A stretch of 64,000 nt of DNA, taken from contig NMRA01000275.1 in NCBI GenBank assembly GCA_002633005.1, forward strand, positions 1 through 64,000, given 5' to 3'. The DNA is from Phoronis australis (taxonomy: Eukaryota; Animalia; Phoronida). Under the pieces are notes generated by a model that was not told where the DNA came from, did no database searches, and worked only from the letters and a program-made list of their open reading frames with translations. How positions within the stretch are numbered: the first letter of the stretch is position 1; the number at the start of each line of letters is the position of its first letter. Shown piece by piece: positions 27,114 to 39,261 of the stretch. The position numbers and the translations under genes were made by a program.

Positions 27114-29283
27114 CCGTAATCGTTCGGGTTAACGCCCATGCTCAGTTAACCGCCCATCCCCGACTTTAAGTGGATTTTCGATTTAACCGCCCACTGCTCG
27201 GTTAACCGCCCCCCTGCGATTTTTGAAGATTTCCAGTTAAGCGCCCACCTTTGGTTAAGCGCCCATCCCTGACTTTTAAAGAATGAAGATTTGGCGCCTA
27301 GTGCTAAGGAAACGCGCGATTCCCCGACTTTTGGAAAAAGATCGATGATCACAATGAGTGCAACAACGCCGGGACTACCGAGACGGTGGTTTAGCAATCT
27401 GAATTACAATAGAGGTCACGAGTTATTGTCTTGGGTCATGAACACACTTCAAAATATAATACTTGAACCTTTTTGTCTCTTTATTTTCTTCCGTTGTTTG
27501 CAAAGTTTAAGAACGCCGCCGCCGTCAAAACCTCCGCTTTCAGCGACTTTGTCTGCTGCGCTGAGTTTCCGTCTGCAGTGCACTAAATAAAACATATATT
27601 CGAAAAAATCAGGCCAGAAAAATGTGACAATGGTTTTGCCAATCCTCCAAATTCTATTAAGGTGGGAAGCTCTCGTAATTTGAACAAATCTCACAACTCA
27701 CGGAAAGATGTCAAATTCTGAATATTTTGATGAATATAACTGCCGGGTTATAGAGGATGTGGGGCGACCGAAGGGACAGTACAAGTTCCTTACTGGGTTA
27801 CCGATTTCGTTGCTGCCTGTCGATATCTGAATTCAAACGTTGGCAATAATGTATGTTTGTGTATGATCTTGAAGTAATAAAAAACGGCTAGTCAAATTTT
27901 GTTTTTAGCTTATTGCATCTCAGTCAAACTGGTTAGCAGATTTAACTAATGTCGCTGGCTGTTCTTTACTATTCTTGCGTCAGCCTGCACGTAAGCGTGA
28001 TTGTGTGAATTATCGTTTCCACATCCCCTTTTTAGCCATCCAGAATAATTTTGTTTATACATTGGCCATTTTCAGCCCGAACAAAAATTCTTACCATTCG
28101 AGTCTGAAATATCTACGACGTAGACTGCTTGACGATAGTGGGTAGGAGATTCACACAGCTAGTTACAGGGATGGGCTTAGGGAGCATCGAGCCGGGAAAT
28201 ANNNNNNNNNNNNNNNNNNNNNNNNNNNNNNNNNNNNNNNNNNNNNNNNNNNNNNNNNNNNNNNNNNNNNNNNNNNNNNNNNNNNNNNNNNNNNNNNNNN
28301 NNNNNNNNNNNNNNNNNNNNNNNNNNNNNNNNNNNNNNNNNNNNNNNNNNNNNNNNNNNNNNNNNNNNNNNNNNNNNNNNNNNNNNNNNNNNNNNNNNNN
28401 NNNNNNNNNNNNNNNNNNNNNNNNNNNNNNNNNNNNNNNNNNNNNNNNNNNNNNNNNNNNNNNNNNNNNNNNNNNNNNNNNNNNNNNNNNNNNNNNNNNN
28501 NNNNNNNNNNNNNNNNNNNNNNNNNNNNNNNNNNNNNNNNNNNNNNNNNNNNNNNNNNNNNNNNNNNNNNNNNNNNNNNNNNNNNNNNNNNNNNNNNNNN
28601 NNNNNNNNNNNNNNNNNNNNNNNNNNNNNNNNNNNNNNNNNNNNNNNNNNNNNNNNNNNNNNNNNNNNNNNNNNNNNNNNNNNNNNNNNNNNNNNNNNNN
28701 NNNNNNNNNNNNNNNNNNNNNNNNNNNNNNNNNNNNNNNNNNNNNNNNNNNNNNNNNNNNNNNNNNNNNNNNNNNNNNNNNNNNNNNNNNNNNNNNNNNN
28801 NNNNNNNNNNNNNNNNNNNNNNNNNNNNNNNNNNNNNNNNNNNNNNNNNNNNNNNNNNNNNNNNNNNNNNNNNNNNNNNNNNNNNNNNNNNNNNNNNNNN
28901 NNNNNNNNNNNNNNNNNNNNNNNNNNNNNNNNNNNNNNNNNNNNNNNNNNNNNNNNNNNNNNNNNNNNNNNNNNNNNNNNNNNNNNNNNNNNNNNNNNNN
29001 NNNNNNNNNNNNNNNNNNNTCATTTGGCGACGTGACGATAAAGCTCTTTGAAAAGGGCTACGCGTTCCGAGTATGATTGTCGTGTCGGGATTTAGATCGC
29101 CAGGTAAGATTAACCGCCCAGGGCGGTTGTCTGTCGTAATAAGCGCCCATGTTCGGTTAACCGCCCATCCCCTACTTTAGGTGGATTTTCGATTTAACCG
29201 CCCACTGCTCGGTTAACCGCCCTCCCCCGATTTTTTGAAGTCGCCAATTTAACCGCCCAGGGCGTTAACCCGAACTATTACGG
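27114..29283. mobile_element. Tc1/mariner-type element spanning the assembly gap
   Basis: TA|CCGTAATCGTTCGGGTTAACGCCC…GGGCGTTAACCCGAACTATTACGG|TA; a ~100-bp subterminal block repeated in direct orientation (27133-27230, 29143-29240). Confidence 0.75.
28202..29019. other. Assembly gap (N run)
   Basis: Ns in the sequence; single Ns also at 42501 and 55637. Confidence 1.
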
Positions 29284-29598
29284 TAATACAATAATGAACT
29301 ACATTAATGATGACTATATATCCTAACACCTAAGAGAATTAAACTCTAGAAACCAAACATCTGAGAAAAAATAAACTAAAGGTAGCATGAATAAAATGAT
29401 CGTAATCAATACAAATGAATGCAGGATTTGAAACAAATATCGGAGTGTACTCATCTCTCATGTGTCAATGACTATCAGTCAAGAGAGAATAAAACAAACA
29501 CCTAGATGCTTTCATCTTTCCATGGACAACAAGAGTGTTAAATCAGTTTTTGGCCACAGTAAGAATAAAAACCAGACAAATAAAAAAGTTCATGTTCA

Positions 29599-29634
29599 AT
29601 CAACGTTCCTCTATTCATTAGACATCATCAGGAT
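29599..29634 (-). ncRNA. Minimal hammerhead ribozyme motif in Penelope pLTR (GAAA box damaged)
   Basis: ATC-CTGATGA-T-GTCTA-ATGAA-TAGAG-GAA-CG-TT-GAT on the minus strand. Confidence 0.55.
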
Positions 29635-29824
29635 CATAATTACACAAAGACAGCAAGTGCCTACATACAGCTCGGGTAACATCCATAAAGTGAAGCGAGA
29701 TACAGGGAGTATAGTCAGTAGCTGGTCATCAACATAGTTGTAGGGTCACTGATCTCTGCATATTATTCAGAGAATCAGTGGCATGCTGGTTCTAAATGGC
29801 CAATGACTCATTAAAAGGTTCTAT

Positions 29825-30676
29825 TGCCCGGTTGCATGAAACAGTCCCCAAAGGTTTGGACTGTCCTTAAGTCTTGGGGACGTCCCTAAATTTTAGGGAC
29901 TGTTGCATGAAAAGTTCCCAGTTAGTTTAGGCATTAAACAGGGACTCAACTTTTGGGGTTATCGAAAGTAAGTCCCTAAGTTGAGTCCCTAGCAATAAAA
30001 TGGATGATCAAGCTCATATTGCTATTGAAAAAAGAATTTTCTTAGACAGAACTAACCCGCTCGAGATGTTTAGCGACAGTACTGTTAACCTAAACGAAAG
30101 ATTTAGATTTTCAAGGGCTGTTTTTTTCATGATAGTTAGAGAGCTTGAAGAGAAGCTGGAGTTGTCGAACAGGTTCTCACCCACTTTACAGGTAAGTAGT
30201 TCCATCATAAACTGAATTTATCAATTACTAGTGCCATGACTTACCCCACGTCTCACTTAATTCCCCGAGCAGACGATTTTAACAGCGCATTGGGAAGTGT
30301 GGCGACTCCTACCGGAGATTCTGGTATTCTAACCAGCTCGCTGCTTTTTTAATTTACATTAGCATGGGTGGTCACAATCGATCGTCTGCTCTCTCAACAG
30401 CAGTAGAAACTCGAATTCTCAGATAATGCACATTGAGTGTGCACTCTACTCAAACAGTCATTCAAAAGGTGGAACAGAGGACATAAATGTGGCAGGTATT
30501 CTCTCGTTGACAGTAATTTTTGCCATATTAAGCGGCCTTAGCCACGGCAATCATCGGGAACTTACTTCGAATTTAGGGTGCTCCCAATAAGGACCGAGTG
30601 TCAGACCACTTCATGCAATAGTCCTTAAACAAAATTCTTATAGGGACTTCCCTAAGTAGTTTGATGCAACCGGGCA
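29825..30676 (+). mobile_element. PIF/Harbinger internally deleted element
   Basis: TIR TGCCCGGTTGCAT…ATGCAACCGGGCA; repeated GGGAC/GTCCC subterminal motifs; contains a transposase N-terminus. Confidence 0.85.
30000..30191 (+). pseudogene. Harbinger (HARBI1-family) transposase first-exon fragment
   Basis: RIFLDRTNPLEMFSD…ERFRFSR…SPTLQ followed by the donor GTAAGT. Confidence 0.8.
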
Positions 30677-32110
30677 CTGAAGTACAATAACATGCATTTC
30701 TAATGTAATTTAATTGATGAATAAATTCTATATCATAAATCACATCTTTGATTATCTTTCACAATTTTGTAAAAAAGCGTTTTTCCAATGTTAATTCCTA
30801 TTGGCTAACACGCATCTGACGTCACTGAGGCTGTACCGTGGGTGAAAGCAATATGGTAAATCAAGCTTATTATGTATATAGCTCATTGGGTTAATGTATC
30901 TCGGCTACAGAACTGTGGTCTGCGATCTCAGTTCTCAAAAGTTCGTAATACAAGTTTACTGCCATGTAGTGTTGACTATTAGTGGAACGATGCCGTTCTC
31001 GGAACAGGCCAGGAAAGGGCCCCGACTGCGTAGCCTTGCCTTCGTGCAAGCTGTATAGTAATACTTACAGCGGCCGTTGCACCGACGTGGGTAAAAATTG
31101 ATCAAATAAAATCTAACACAAAATTAGTGTCAATAAAAATTACACTCTTCCTTGAGTAAACTAAATTATTGACTGGTGTTGAAAAATTGGTGTTCTGCCG
31201 TTCACTCTGCTGCTAAAATTTGGGTGCGCTCTTTAAGGTCTGCTTTCGGTGCCTTCACCTGTTGCCTTATTGGCCAGTTTCATTCCCAGAGTTGTTCTTC
31301 TTCCAAGCGATCGAACTGTTCTTCGAATTTCTGTACATGTCAAAACAAATTACTAGAACTGATTTCATTTCCTTACAAGTTTTTAGTATTTTAATACCAG
31401 GAAACCGAATTTCATAAAAAAATTTGCTACTGCGAAGCTGTCATCATTTCCAGACAGATGTCGCAAAATTTTAGGAAATAGTGTGTGTTGAGCATACTGT
31501 TTTCTTTGTTACAAAAGGCTGAGAGTTATGAAATAAAATAATGTTTACTAGATTGTTTTTCACTTACATGGCTCCAGCGGGCAAGGTGAGTGTCGGTTCA
31601 CACCCAGATATTTGCATGCTCCCCTGCCGGTTTAGAGCTCTACATGTTGATACAAGTTTCGCGACGAGGTGACGAGCAGAACTATCCGGGCTATGTGAAA
31701 TTTCGGAGTCTAACGGAGCTCAACACACAGTGCTACTGGTACCTAGTTGTATTTTGAAGATTATAAGTCTTCACACAGCTAGGTGGCTGGCTAGGCCTGG
31801 GTATGAATCAAAGTCAGAGGAAAGAAAAACGAAAAAGGTCATGAGTATGCACATGTTCATCTGTCAACTGGACTAACGTACTCGCACAGCTAATGACCTA
31901 TATCTCTTTGTGCTGTACAGCCTCAGTGACGTCGCGAAAAACAGCTCTTGCAGTACATGGAGCTTTATGGAACTAAAAATTTTTTACTTTTCAAAGTGAA
32001 AAAGAAAAACACTGTGCACTATTTAGGAATATGTGGATGCTAGTAACCAACCTTCATACTTTCAAAATTCATATTAAAAGGCCGAAATATGTAGTTCAGG
32101 CCTCTTTTGA

Positions 32111-32810
32111 TGTACAGTAATTCCTTATTAGGTTCTCTGAAGATAATGCTAAATGAACTGGCCTGGTGATTGTTGCTAACACAATGCCTATATATGTTGC
32201 TTTTCTCTCGAGAGGTTTGATGTTCTTTCAGCCTGTCACAGAGGCGTCTCTGTGTGAGTCTGACATAGAATTCCTTATAGTTGTCACATTCAACATTATA
32301 AACAACATTGGTCTTAATCAAGAAAGGGATGGGTGACTTTAGTTAACACAGCATATTGGAAAGTTTCCAAAGAGGTTTGAAAACAACAATCAGTTCAACA
32401 GCTGGGTCTTAATGCACTGAATAAGGCGAGACTAATTGACGTTTCAATTTAATTTATACTTTAACTTGGCCCGGTGTTAGCCAAGGGAAAAGAAAACTTT
32501 CTTTTTCTCGGGTCCAGTAACAGCTACCTTATCTGCCTCATTCATTTTTGAAAGGAAGTGCCTTTTACAGCTATTAAAAAAATTCAGAGGGTAACCATTG
32601 GCACGCAATAATTGGAAAATCCTAGCTACGTCACTATCAAAATTTAAATTCGTGGAACAAATTCTCCAGGCACAGTGTAACAAGCAATTGACTACATCTT
32701 TCATGTATTGGATCGGCACAAAACTATCAAATTTAAGATAAAGCCCACAAAAACTGGGCTTAGGATACACAGATGTAACAACTGTAATATTCTCATGTTT
32801 AACAAAGACA
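32111..32810 (-). pseudogene. Penelope RT thumb plus GIY-YIG endonuclease remnant
   Basis: VYPKPSFCGLYLKFDSFVP…AWRICS…LRANGYP and NVVYNVEC…YV.LTQRRLCDRLKEH…IYRH. Confidence 0.9.
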
Positions 32811-33088
32811 TCTCAGAGAAAAGCAACATATATAGGCATTGTGTTACCAACAATCATCAAGCCAATTAATTCAGTTAGCATTATCTGCAGAGAACCTAAT
32901 AAGGAATTACTGTACAGTTAAAGAGTCATTGGCTATTCAGAACCAGCATGCTACTGATTCCCTGAACAACATGCAGAGCTTAGTGACTCTGCAACTATGG
33001 TGATGACCAGCTACTGGCTATATTCCCTGTATCTCTCATTTCACTTTATGCATGTTATCTGAGCTGTATGCTGTACTCTGTAAATATG

Positions 33089-33125
33089 ATCCCGATGATG
33101 TCTAATGAATAGACGAAATGTTGAC
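33089..33125 (+). ncRNA. Minimal hammerhead motif, mutated core (CCGATGA)
   Basis: CCGATGA-T-GTCTA-ATGAA-TAGAC-GAAA-TG-TT-GA. Confidence 0.5.
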
Positions 33126-33228
33126 TGAACATGAACTTTTTTATTTGTGCGGCAATCGTCTAGTTTTCAGTCTAACAAGAGTGTGTTTGTAAACTATATG
33201 AATTTAATAAAACAGTTCATATAGTTAC

Positions 33229-33247
33229 CTAAATCGCCTATGTCCAC
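33229..33247 (-). CDS. Candidate 19-nt micro-exon (VDIGDL)
   Basis: cttttgcAG…GTAACT splice sites; phase-compatible with exon 37374-37493. Confidence 0.3.
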
Positions 33248-33540
33248 CTGCAAAAGTGCAGTTATTGGTTCCATATTCCAAAATGGCAGCTTTGACGTAG
33301 GTCATCAACACAATGGAGCGGAGATACGTGCTAACTCGAGACAAAATGGCTGTGGGTACAGTGTGAGTTAACTGGTATGTAAACTTCACCTCTGTTTCAT
33401 TCAAAGCAGGATTTGCTGGCCAAAAGTTTGTCTGAAAATTAATCAATAACAAAGATCCTTGTACAATAGAAACATTAATTTGCTATGAATACTTGAAGAC
33501 CTGTTCTAAGTCCATTCTAGAGCTTCAAAAACAAATCATT

Positions 33541-35255
33541 AACAAAAGCAACGCGGAGCGTTGAAATGCGCCCATGAATGCATCGCAAACGGTGTGCTTT
33601 TAGGGTTGTTTATTTATGTCATAAAAATGGCCACTAGATGGCGCAAAAATGTACAATCCATCCGAAAATAGGAACATGTCATATTTTCTTTAATAGAAAG
33701 CTATTCACCAGATTTCATAGAAATTTGTAACGGTACTTCAGAGAAACAAAGGAAAACAGAATAAAATGAAATTGCCACTAGGGTGTACAGTGTTCATTGG
33801 ATCCGCCTGAAAGTCGTCATCGCCTGTTGTTAGCCTCATATAAATACACATACCAAATTTAATACAGATCCAGCAGTGGGTTTAGGAGATACAGCTATGG
33901 GCGCAAAACAAAACAAAACTGCCATTGGAGGTGCCACAGTAGTCAAAGTTGTCGTCGTCAACCATCCTCTTCACACACAGAACATTAAAAAAATTTTCAA
34001 AACCATCCTAAGAATGATTTGGTTGATAACGGGGTGAACACCAAAAAACAGACTCAAAAACAGCAAAAATTGCCACTAGGTGGCGCAAAATACCTCGATT
34101 CCATCCAAAAACGGGAGGATAGTGTCGTCTCACCAATAGATGCCAGTATTCAAAATTTTATGAAAATCCGTTGAGGACCTTTCAAGATACAGAGGTAAAC
34201 ATAAAATCTAAAATTGCCACCAAAAGTCGTCATTGTTCTTTGTCAATATCATATAAATACACTTGTTAAATTTAGCAAAGATCCTGCAAACAGTTTAAGA
34301 GATACAGCCATGGGCGCAAAAATAAACAAAACTGCCACTAGGAGGCACCACAGTAACTGAAGTAATCGGAAAGTCATCGTCAGCCGTTCACTTCGTAGTA
34401 AAAACATACATACCAATTATCTTGAAAGCGGTTTGGTTAATAGAGTGGATGCCAAAAAACAGACTCGAAAACTGTAAAAATGGCCACTAGTTGGTGCAAA
34501 CTAAGTCGAATTCATCTGAAAACGGAACGATAGAGTCACCACACTAACAGAAGCCTGTAAGACAAATTTTTTGAAAATGCGTCGAGGATCTTTGAAGATA
34601 CAGAGGTTAATGTAAAAAAAATAAAGTTGCCACCAGGGGCACACCTGTTATCAAATCCTTCCGAAAGTCGTCATCATCCTTTGTCAACATAATATAAATG
34701 CACTTACTACATTCAGTAAAGATCCTGCAAACTGTTTAGGAGATACAGCCATAGGCCCAAAAAAACAAAAATCCCAGTAGGAGGCACCACAGTCGTCGCA
34801 ATCGGCAGAAAATCATTGTCAGCCATCCTCTTCATAGTAAGAACATACATGCAAACTTCCACAATCATCCTTAGAGCGGTTTGGTTTATAGAGGGGTGGA
34901 CGCCTAAAAACAGACTCGAAAACAGTAAAAATGGTCACTAGGTGGCGCAAATTATGTCGAATCTATCCAAAAACGGAAGGATATCATCCTGTCACTAATA
35001 GATGCCAATATACTAAATTTTGTGAAAATATGTTGAGGACCTTTGAAGATATAGAGGTTAACGTAAAAAATTAAAATTGCCACTGAGGGGCACACCGGTA
35101 GTCGGATCCGTTGGAAAGTTCGCTCATTCTGTCCCATCTATGAAAGGAACACATGTGCAAAATTTCATCAACATACGTCAAACGATTTTGGACGGATGGA
35201 CAGACGGAGATGACAGCATAATGCGTCCACATATAATTATGTGGGCGTATGAAAA
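33541..35255 (-). mobile_element. Helentron-associated non-autonomous element (HINE/DINE/pearl-type) with internal tandem array
   Basis: T-rich ends; palindrome 35221-35250; (GGAC/AGAC)n microsatellite 35190-35208; sub-TIR ATGCGCCCAT/GTGGGCGTAT; terminal hairpin CAACGC-GGA-GCGTTG; central ~147-bp repeats. Confidence 0.8.
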
Positions 35256-36370
35256 GTTGAATTTTGACTCAGACAGATTTACACAGCAAATACACAACAC
35301 TAAGGTAACTTTTTTGCCCAGTTCACATAACTCTTTGCTCATGTTTTGAAAATAAAAAACCCTTCTCTTCTGTCCACGTATCCACCGAATTCAAAAACCA
35401 CTGAAAAAAAACAACTTTTTGAAAATATACGAACACATTTTGTTTAAGGATACAACTTCTGTTCACAAGAAAGTATCTACTGAATTCAACAATGAAAAAT
35501 CCAAACTTCTGAAAATGCTCTACAGAGTGGGATTTGATATCTTTTCTTTTACACATATAGCTTCTACCCACAAACAAAAATGCACGCTTGTGGAAACACT
35601 GACACGTTGGTTCTACTAGTACATCTCTGTGGACTGGCAAAAATGCAACTTCTTCAAAATGCCGACGTCACCTTTGTACAACCACATTTGTGAGGATGGA
35701 AAGCTTTGAATCTACTTCATATTGTATTGGCATATTCATGTGGCTGGAGAATTTAACAAAAATCATACAAAAACAGAGAACTTGTTCAAATCAAAAGTTA
35801 CAATTTCAAATGAGTTATGTGGGCAGTCTTAGAGATGGCACTAAAACACTTAAAAATAGCCAAAACCATTTTTCATGAAACCCCATGAAAAATTGGAATT
35901 CTTAGCATAGCGAAAAAACTCAATGGTACCATAGTAAAGTCTTTTAGAGGTCAAATAGTTGAATTTTGTGTCTAGTATATAGCTAACCCTTTACAAACAA
36001 TACAAATGAAGTCATGGTAACAGTATTTAAGGTCAAGTTACATGTACGTAAAGACTGAAACATTATACTTTTATGTTTAAAATTAAAATTTAAAAGGTGA
36101 CAATATGCATGCCATAATTGTAAAAAGACTTCTGATTCAAGTAATGTACCAATGGGTAGTTGGAAATGGTCATTTTGGAGCCAGAAAGTCCCAGAGAGGA
36201 GTATAAGTCCTAACTGGTACATTATATCTCTTATTGCCTAGAAAAGACAACATTTGGATTACAATCATATTATGTGGGTCTAGCGAATACAAAAGTGGAC
36301 TTGCCTTGTTCATCTACAATACAGTAATTGTGATTCAAGCATCCCTCTGCAACACTATTTGGTATTGTGA

Positions 36371-37359
36371 AACAAAAGCAAAGCACGGCCTTGACAAGTT
36401 TCCAAAAAGTGCATTGTGTTCAATTCGGAACATTTTGATGCATTAGTCGTAAACACCAGTGAACCTACAATGGGTCTATAGGTAGCAGTGCCAGTCATCC
36501 AAAAATGAGCAAATGGAATTGTGGTAAATATGATCCCATAAAGAAAACTCCAAGAGCAACATGGAACATTAGGGAGGTGGATGACAAAGAAGACAAAAAA
36601 CAATAAAATGGCCACTTAAGGGGTGCAATGTAGGTGAAGTCCGTATGAAACATGTTAGACGCTGTCATCTAGTACGTAAAAACAACTAATTTCCCATATT
36701 TCTTTCATGGAACTTGACAGATAACAAGGCAAATGCAAAGAACAACAATACTGTCTCCAGGGTACTCCATAGTAGGCGAATTTGTCTAAAAAATCCACAT
36801 TGCTTGACTGTACTTTTCTCAATAAAAACGCATACACATTTCATGAAGATCCATGAAGGTGCGTGGTAGAAATTGAGCCACAGGGAAATAGCAAATTTCA
36901 CACTAGAAGATGCTACATCTATTAGACAAGTCCAAAAATCATCGTCAGACATGCACTTCACAGACAGAACACAATTCATAATAATGAACCTTGTGAGATG
37001 GACAATTAGTAAAAACAGCCACTGGGTGGTGCAGAATACACCAGTCATCCAAAAACTGGAAAAGCATTGTCGTCTCCTTCATATATAGATACTTATGTGT
37101 CAAATCTATCAAGGAACTCTGAAGATACAGAACAGAACATAAAAAACTAAAATTGCATCTAGGGTGATGCAGCAGTTGTCGCATCCGTTCAAATGTCTTC
37201 ATCATCCATTGTCTCATTCATACACATGCCAAATTTTACAGCACTCATGCAACAAGTTTAAGAGACAACAACCCAAATGGCAACCAGCTGAACAGACATC
37301 TGGGAAGAGATGACGACAATAAACGACAACATATTATACATATCTGGGCGTCTAAAAAA
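36371..37359 (-). mobile_element. Older, degenerate copy of the same HINE-like family
   Basis: Begins AACAAAAGCAA and ends GGGCGTCTAAAAA; contains diverged AAAATGGCCACT-type monomers. Confidence 0.6.
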
Positions 37360-37373
37360 TGTACAGTTCCTAC

Positions 37374-37493
37374 CGAAGTCTTCTGGTCACCTATGCTTGC
37401 ACTATCTGGGCTGGAGATCAATGTGTTAACAGACTTGAAAAACGCCATCAACAAAATACCAATTATCACCAGAGTGATAGCTAAGGCAGTCCC
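37374..37493 (-). CDS. Candidate 120-nt exon encoding a transmembrane/signal-anchor segment
   Basis: ttccttttctttgcAG…GTAGGA; open frame GTALAITLVIIGILLMAFFKSVNTLISSPDSASIGDQKTS. Confidence 0.45.
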
Positions 37494-38039
37494 CTGCAAA
37501 GAAAAGGAAACAATATTGCAGTAAAGAATGTTAAGGTAACTGTGAGTCAACCTTGTTACAAGGTTGTACTAATGGGTAAATATATTAAATTCTGTTCACT
37601 CTAACCCCTACAAAATATGTATTTTCTGAAAGGTGATTAAATTTCCCAACAAAAGTTATTGCTCTTAATATTTACTTTAATGTCTTTATTTTATCACAAG
37701 ATATATTTTTGGTAAATTTTTTTGTTAGAACAGATAAAATCAAATTTAAAATAATGTTCCTCTAATCCCACTGGTCTTTTGTCAACACGCTGACAATGGG
37801 GAAACGTATCTCAGATTTTTGAAATATATCTTTGAATAACATTTTCAAAATCTCTGTTCCAAATTACTCTTTTTTCCAAAATGCATATCTCGCGAAAAAA
37901 CAAAGACAAGTAAATAAGGTTGTTAGCAAAAATTTAGTCACCTGTCAGAAAATTTCGTCAAAAACACGACTAGACTTTTTGCTAGCAAGCTTGATAGTGG
38001 TACGCTCGTAGTTTTATGGGCTTCCTACTGTGTGTTGCA

Positions 38040-38345
38040 TTCACACTCTCTACTTGTATGCCCCTCTTCCCGCTGTCACGTGTATTTCACTGTTCGCTAC
38101 GTATATGTTCATTCCACTTATTGCCTGATGATGAGACATGCAGTCTCGAAATATAACTAGTGTTTTAATTTGTTTATTTGTTATGTCTCTTGGTGTTTTA
38201 CTATATAGCTGCACACCTGAAGAAAGGAGACTGTTCCGAAGCTACGAGGCTACTATCAAGCTTTCAAGCAAAAAGTCTAGTTGTGTTTTTAACAAAGTTT
38301 ATGTAAACGAAGGCCTGCAACCAAACTATACTTCTTTCAGAAAAT
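38040..38345 (+). mobile_element. Penelope fragment of a second family: pLTR plus ORF N-terminus
   Basis: Hammerhead motif followed by MSLGVLLY…RRLFRSYE…KL…VFNK…EGLQPNYT, resembling Penelope ORF N-termini. Confidence 0.7.
38116..38162 (+). ncRNA. Minimal hammerhead ribozyme motif
   Basis: CTGATGA-T-GAGAC-ATGCA-GTCTC-GAAA with a perfect stem II. Confidence 0.65.
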
Positions 38346-39134
38346 AATACTTTGTAGGGGAAAGAGCTAAGGGAATTTAAGATATTTGCATATTAAGTAC
38401 AATCTGGTAAACAAGATTCACAGTTACCATCAGTAACCTGAGTGGTGGTTGAAGACCTGTTGCGTTTGCTCTCTTGAAGTACAAAATGGTTAAATTACAA
38501 AAAGATGACATAAGTGAATTAAAACAGAACAACAAACCATGGAGTCTGCTTCATTCTGTTTGCCTAAATTGTATCATGAACTAAAATGCTAAATTTCTAA
38601 AGAGTTACACAATCTACACAGTAGCAATGACCGCACAATGACACCAAAAATTTTATTGGCATTCTTCTATTTAAAACATGACATCCGCCTGTCAAAGTAA
38701 ATTTTTAATTTTGGCCACCAACCTTACAAGACTGGTTTATTTGTTCCTTTCATATCAGAAGTGATTTCGGGACTTGGAGAAAGCTGGCACATAAAATGAT
38801 TTCAGAGGTCAAGGCAACTTGTGTGTCCTATTTTAGCGTGCAGTCAAGTGGCGTTCTTCAAATTGTCGGAATAACAATTTTTAATGTGAAATGTCCAGTC
38901 ACAACGCGCCATTTCCTAAAATTTTGAGAAGTTTTTCGAGAGATGACAGCTTCGCAGCTGCAAGGTTAGCTTTAAAACTTGGTTTGAAATCTGGGGAAAA
39001 AACAGGTCAAGGTCAGGTGACGTAATCACCAAAAGCCGACTCAAACGAATGCATCACAATTTTAAATGATGCTATATCTTCCAACACCAGTAAAAAAGTT
39101 ACCAGGTAGTTTAGTCAAGGAAGAGAGTAGCTTT

Positions 39135-39261
39135 GTCCAATTGTTTACCCATACCAAGCCACCTACAATGGTTAGGGCAACCAATGATATGCAATGTTCC
39201 TCCCATTTGAAGACATCTTTTTTGAAGAGTTCGAACAACCAGGAGCCATACAAAAAGGCAT
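39135..39261 (-). pseudogene. THAP zinc-finger N-terminal remnant (DNA transposon derived)
   Basis: MPFCMAPGCSNSSKK…NIAYHWLP*…W…IG; in a frame not listed in the ORF track. Confidence 0.6.

Larger units (their letters stand above)
29815..32106. mobile_element. Old Kolobok-like element inserted at a TTAA of the Penelope
   Basis: The Penelope sequence GACTCT-TTAA-TGTACA (intact near 58125) is split here into TTAA (29811-29814) and TTGA (32107-32110). Imperfect TIRs once the Harbinger is removed; perfect 19-bp internal inverted repeat GACGTCACTGAGGCTGTAC (~30818-30836, 31915-31933); faint THAP-like remnant on the minus strand near 31570-31850. Confidence 0.6.
29539..33173 (-). mobile_element. 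Penelope-like retroelement, 5'-truncated with inverted pLTR, interrupted by nested DNA transposons
   Basis: 11-bp TSD AACAAGAGTGT (29528-29538, 33174-33184); 29575-29810 is inverted relative to 32920-33150; contains RT and GIY-YIG remnants. Confidence 0.85.

Noticed and set aside
28129-29076. Long ORFs of 315 and 286 aa
   Set aside because: Artefacts of translating through the N gap.
39062-39253. Membrane-protein exon (ISLVALTIVGGLVWV)
   Set aside because: An alternative frame gives a clearer THAP motif.
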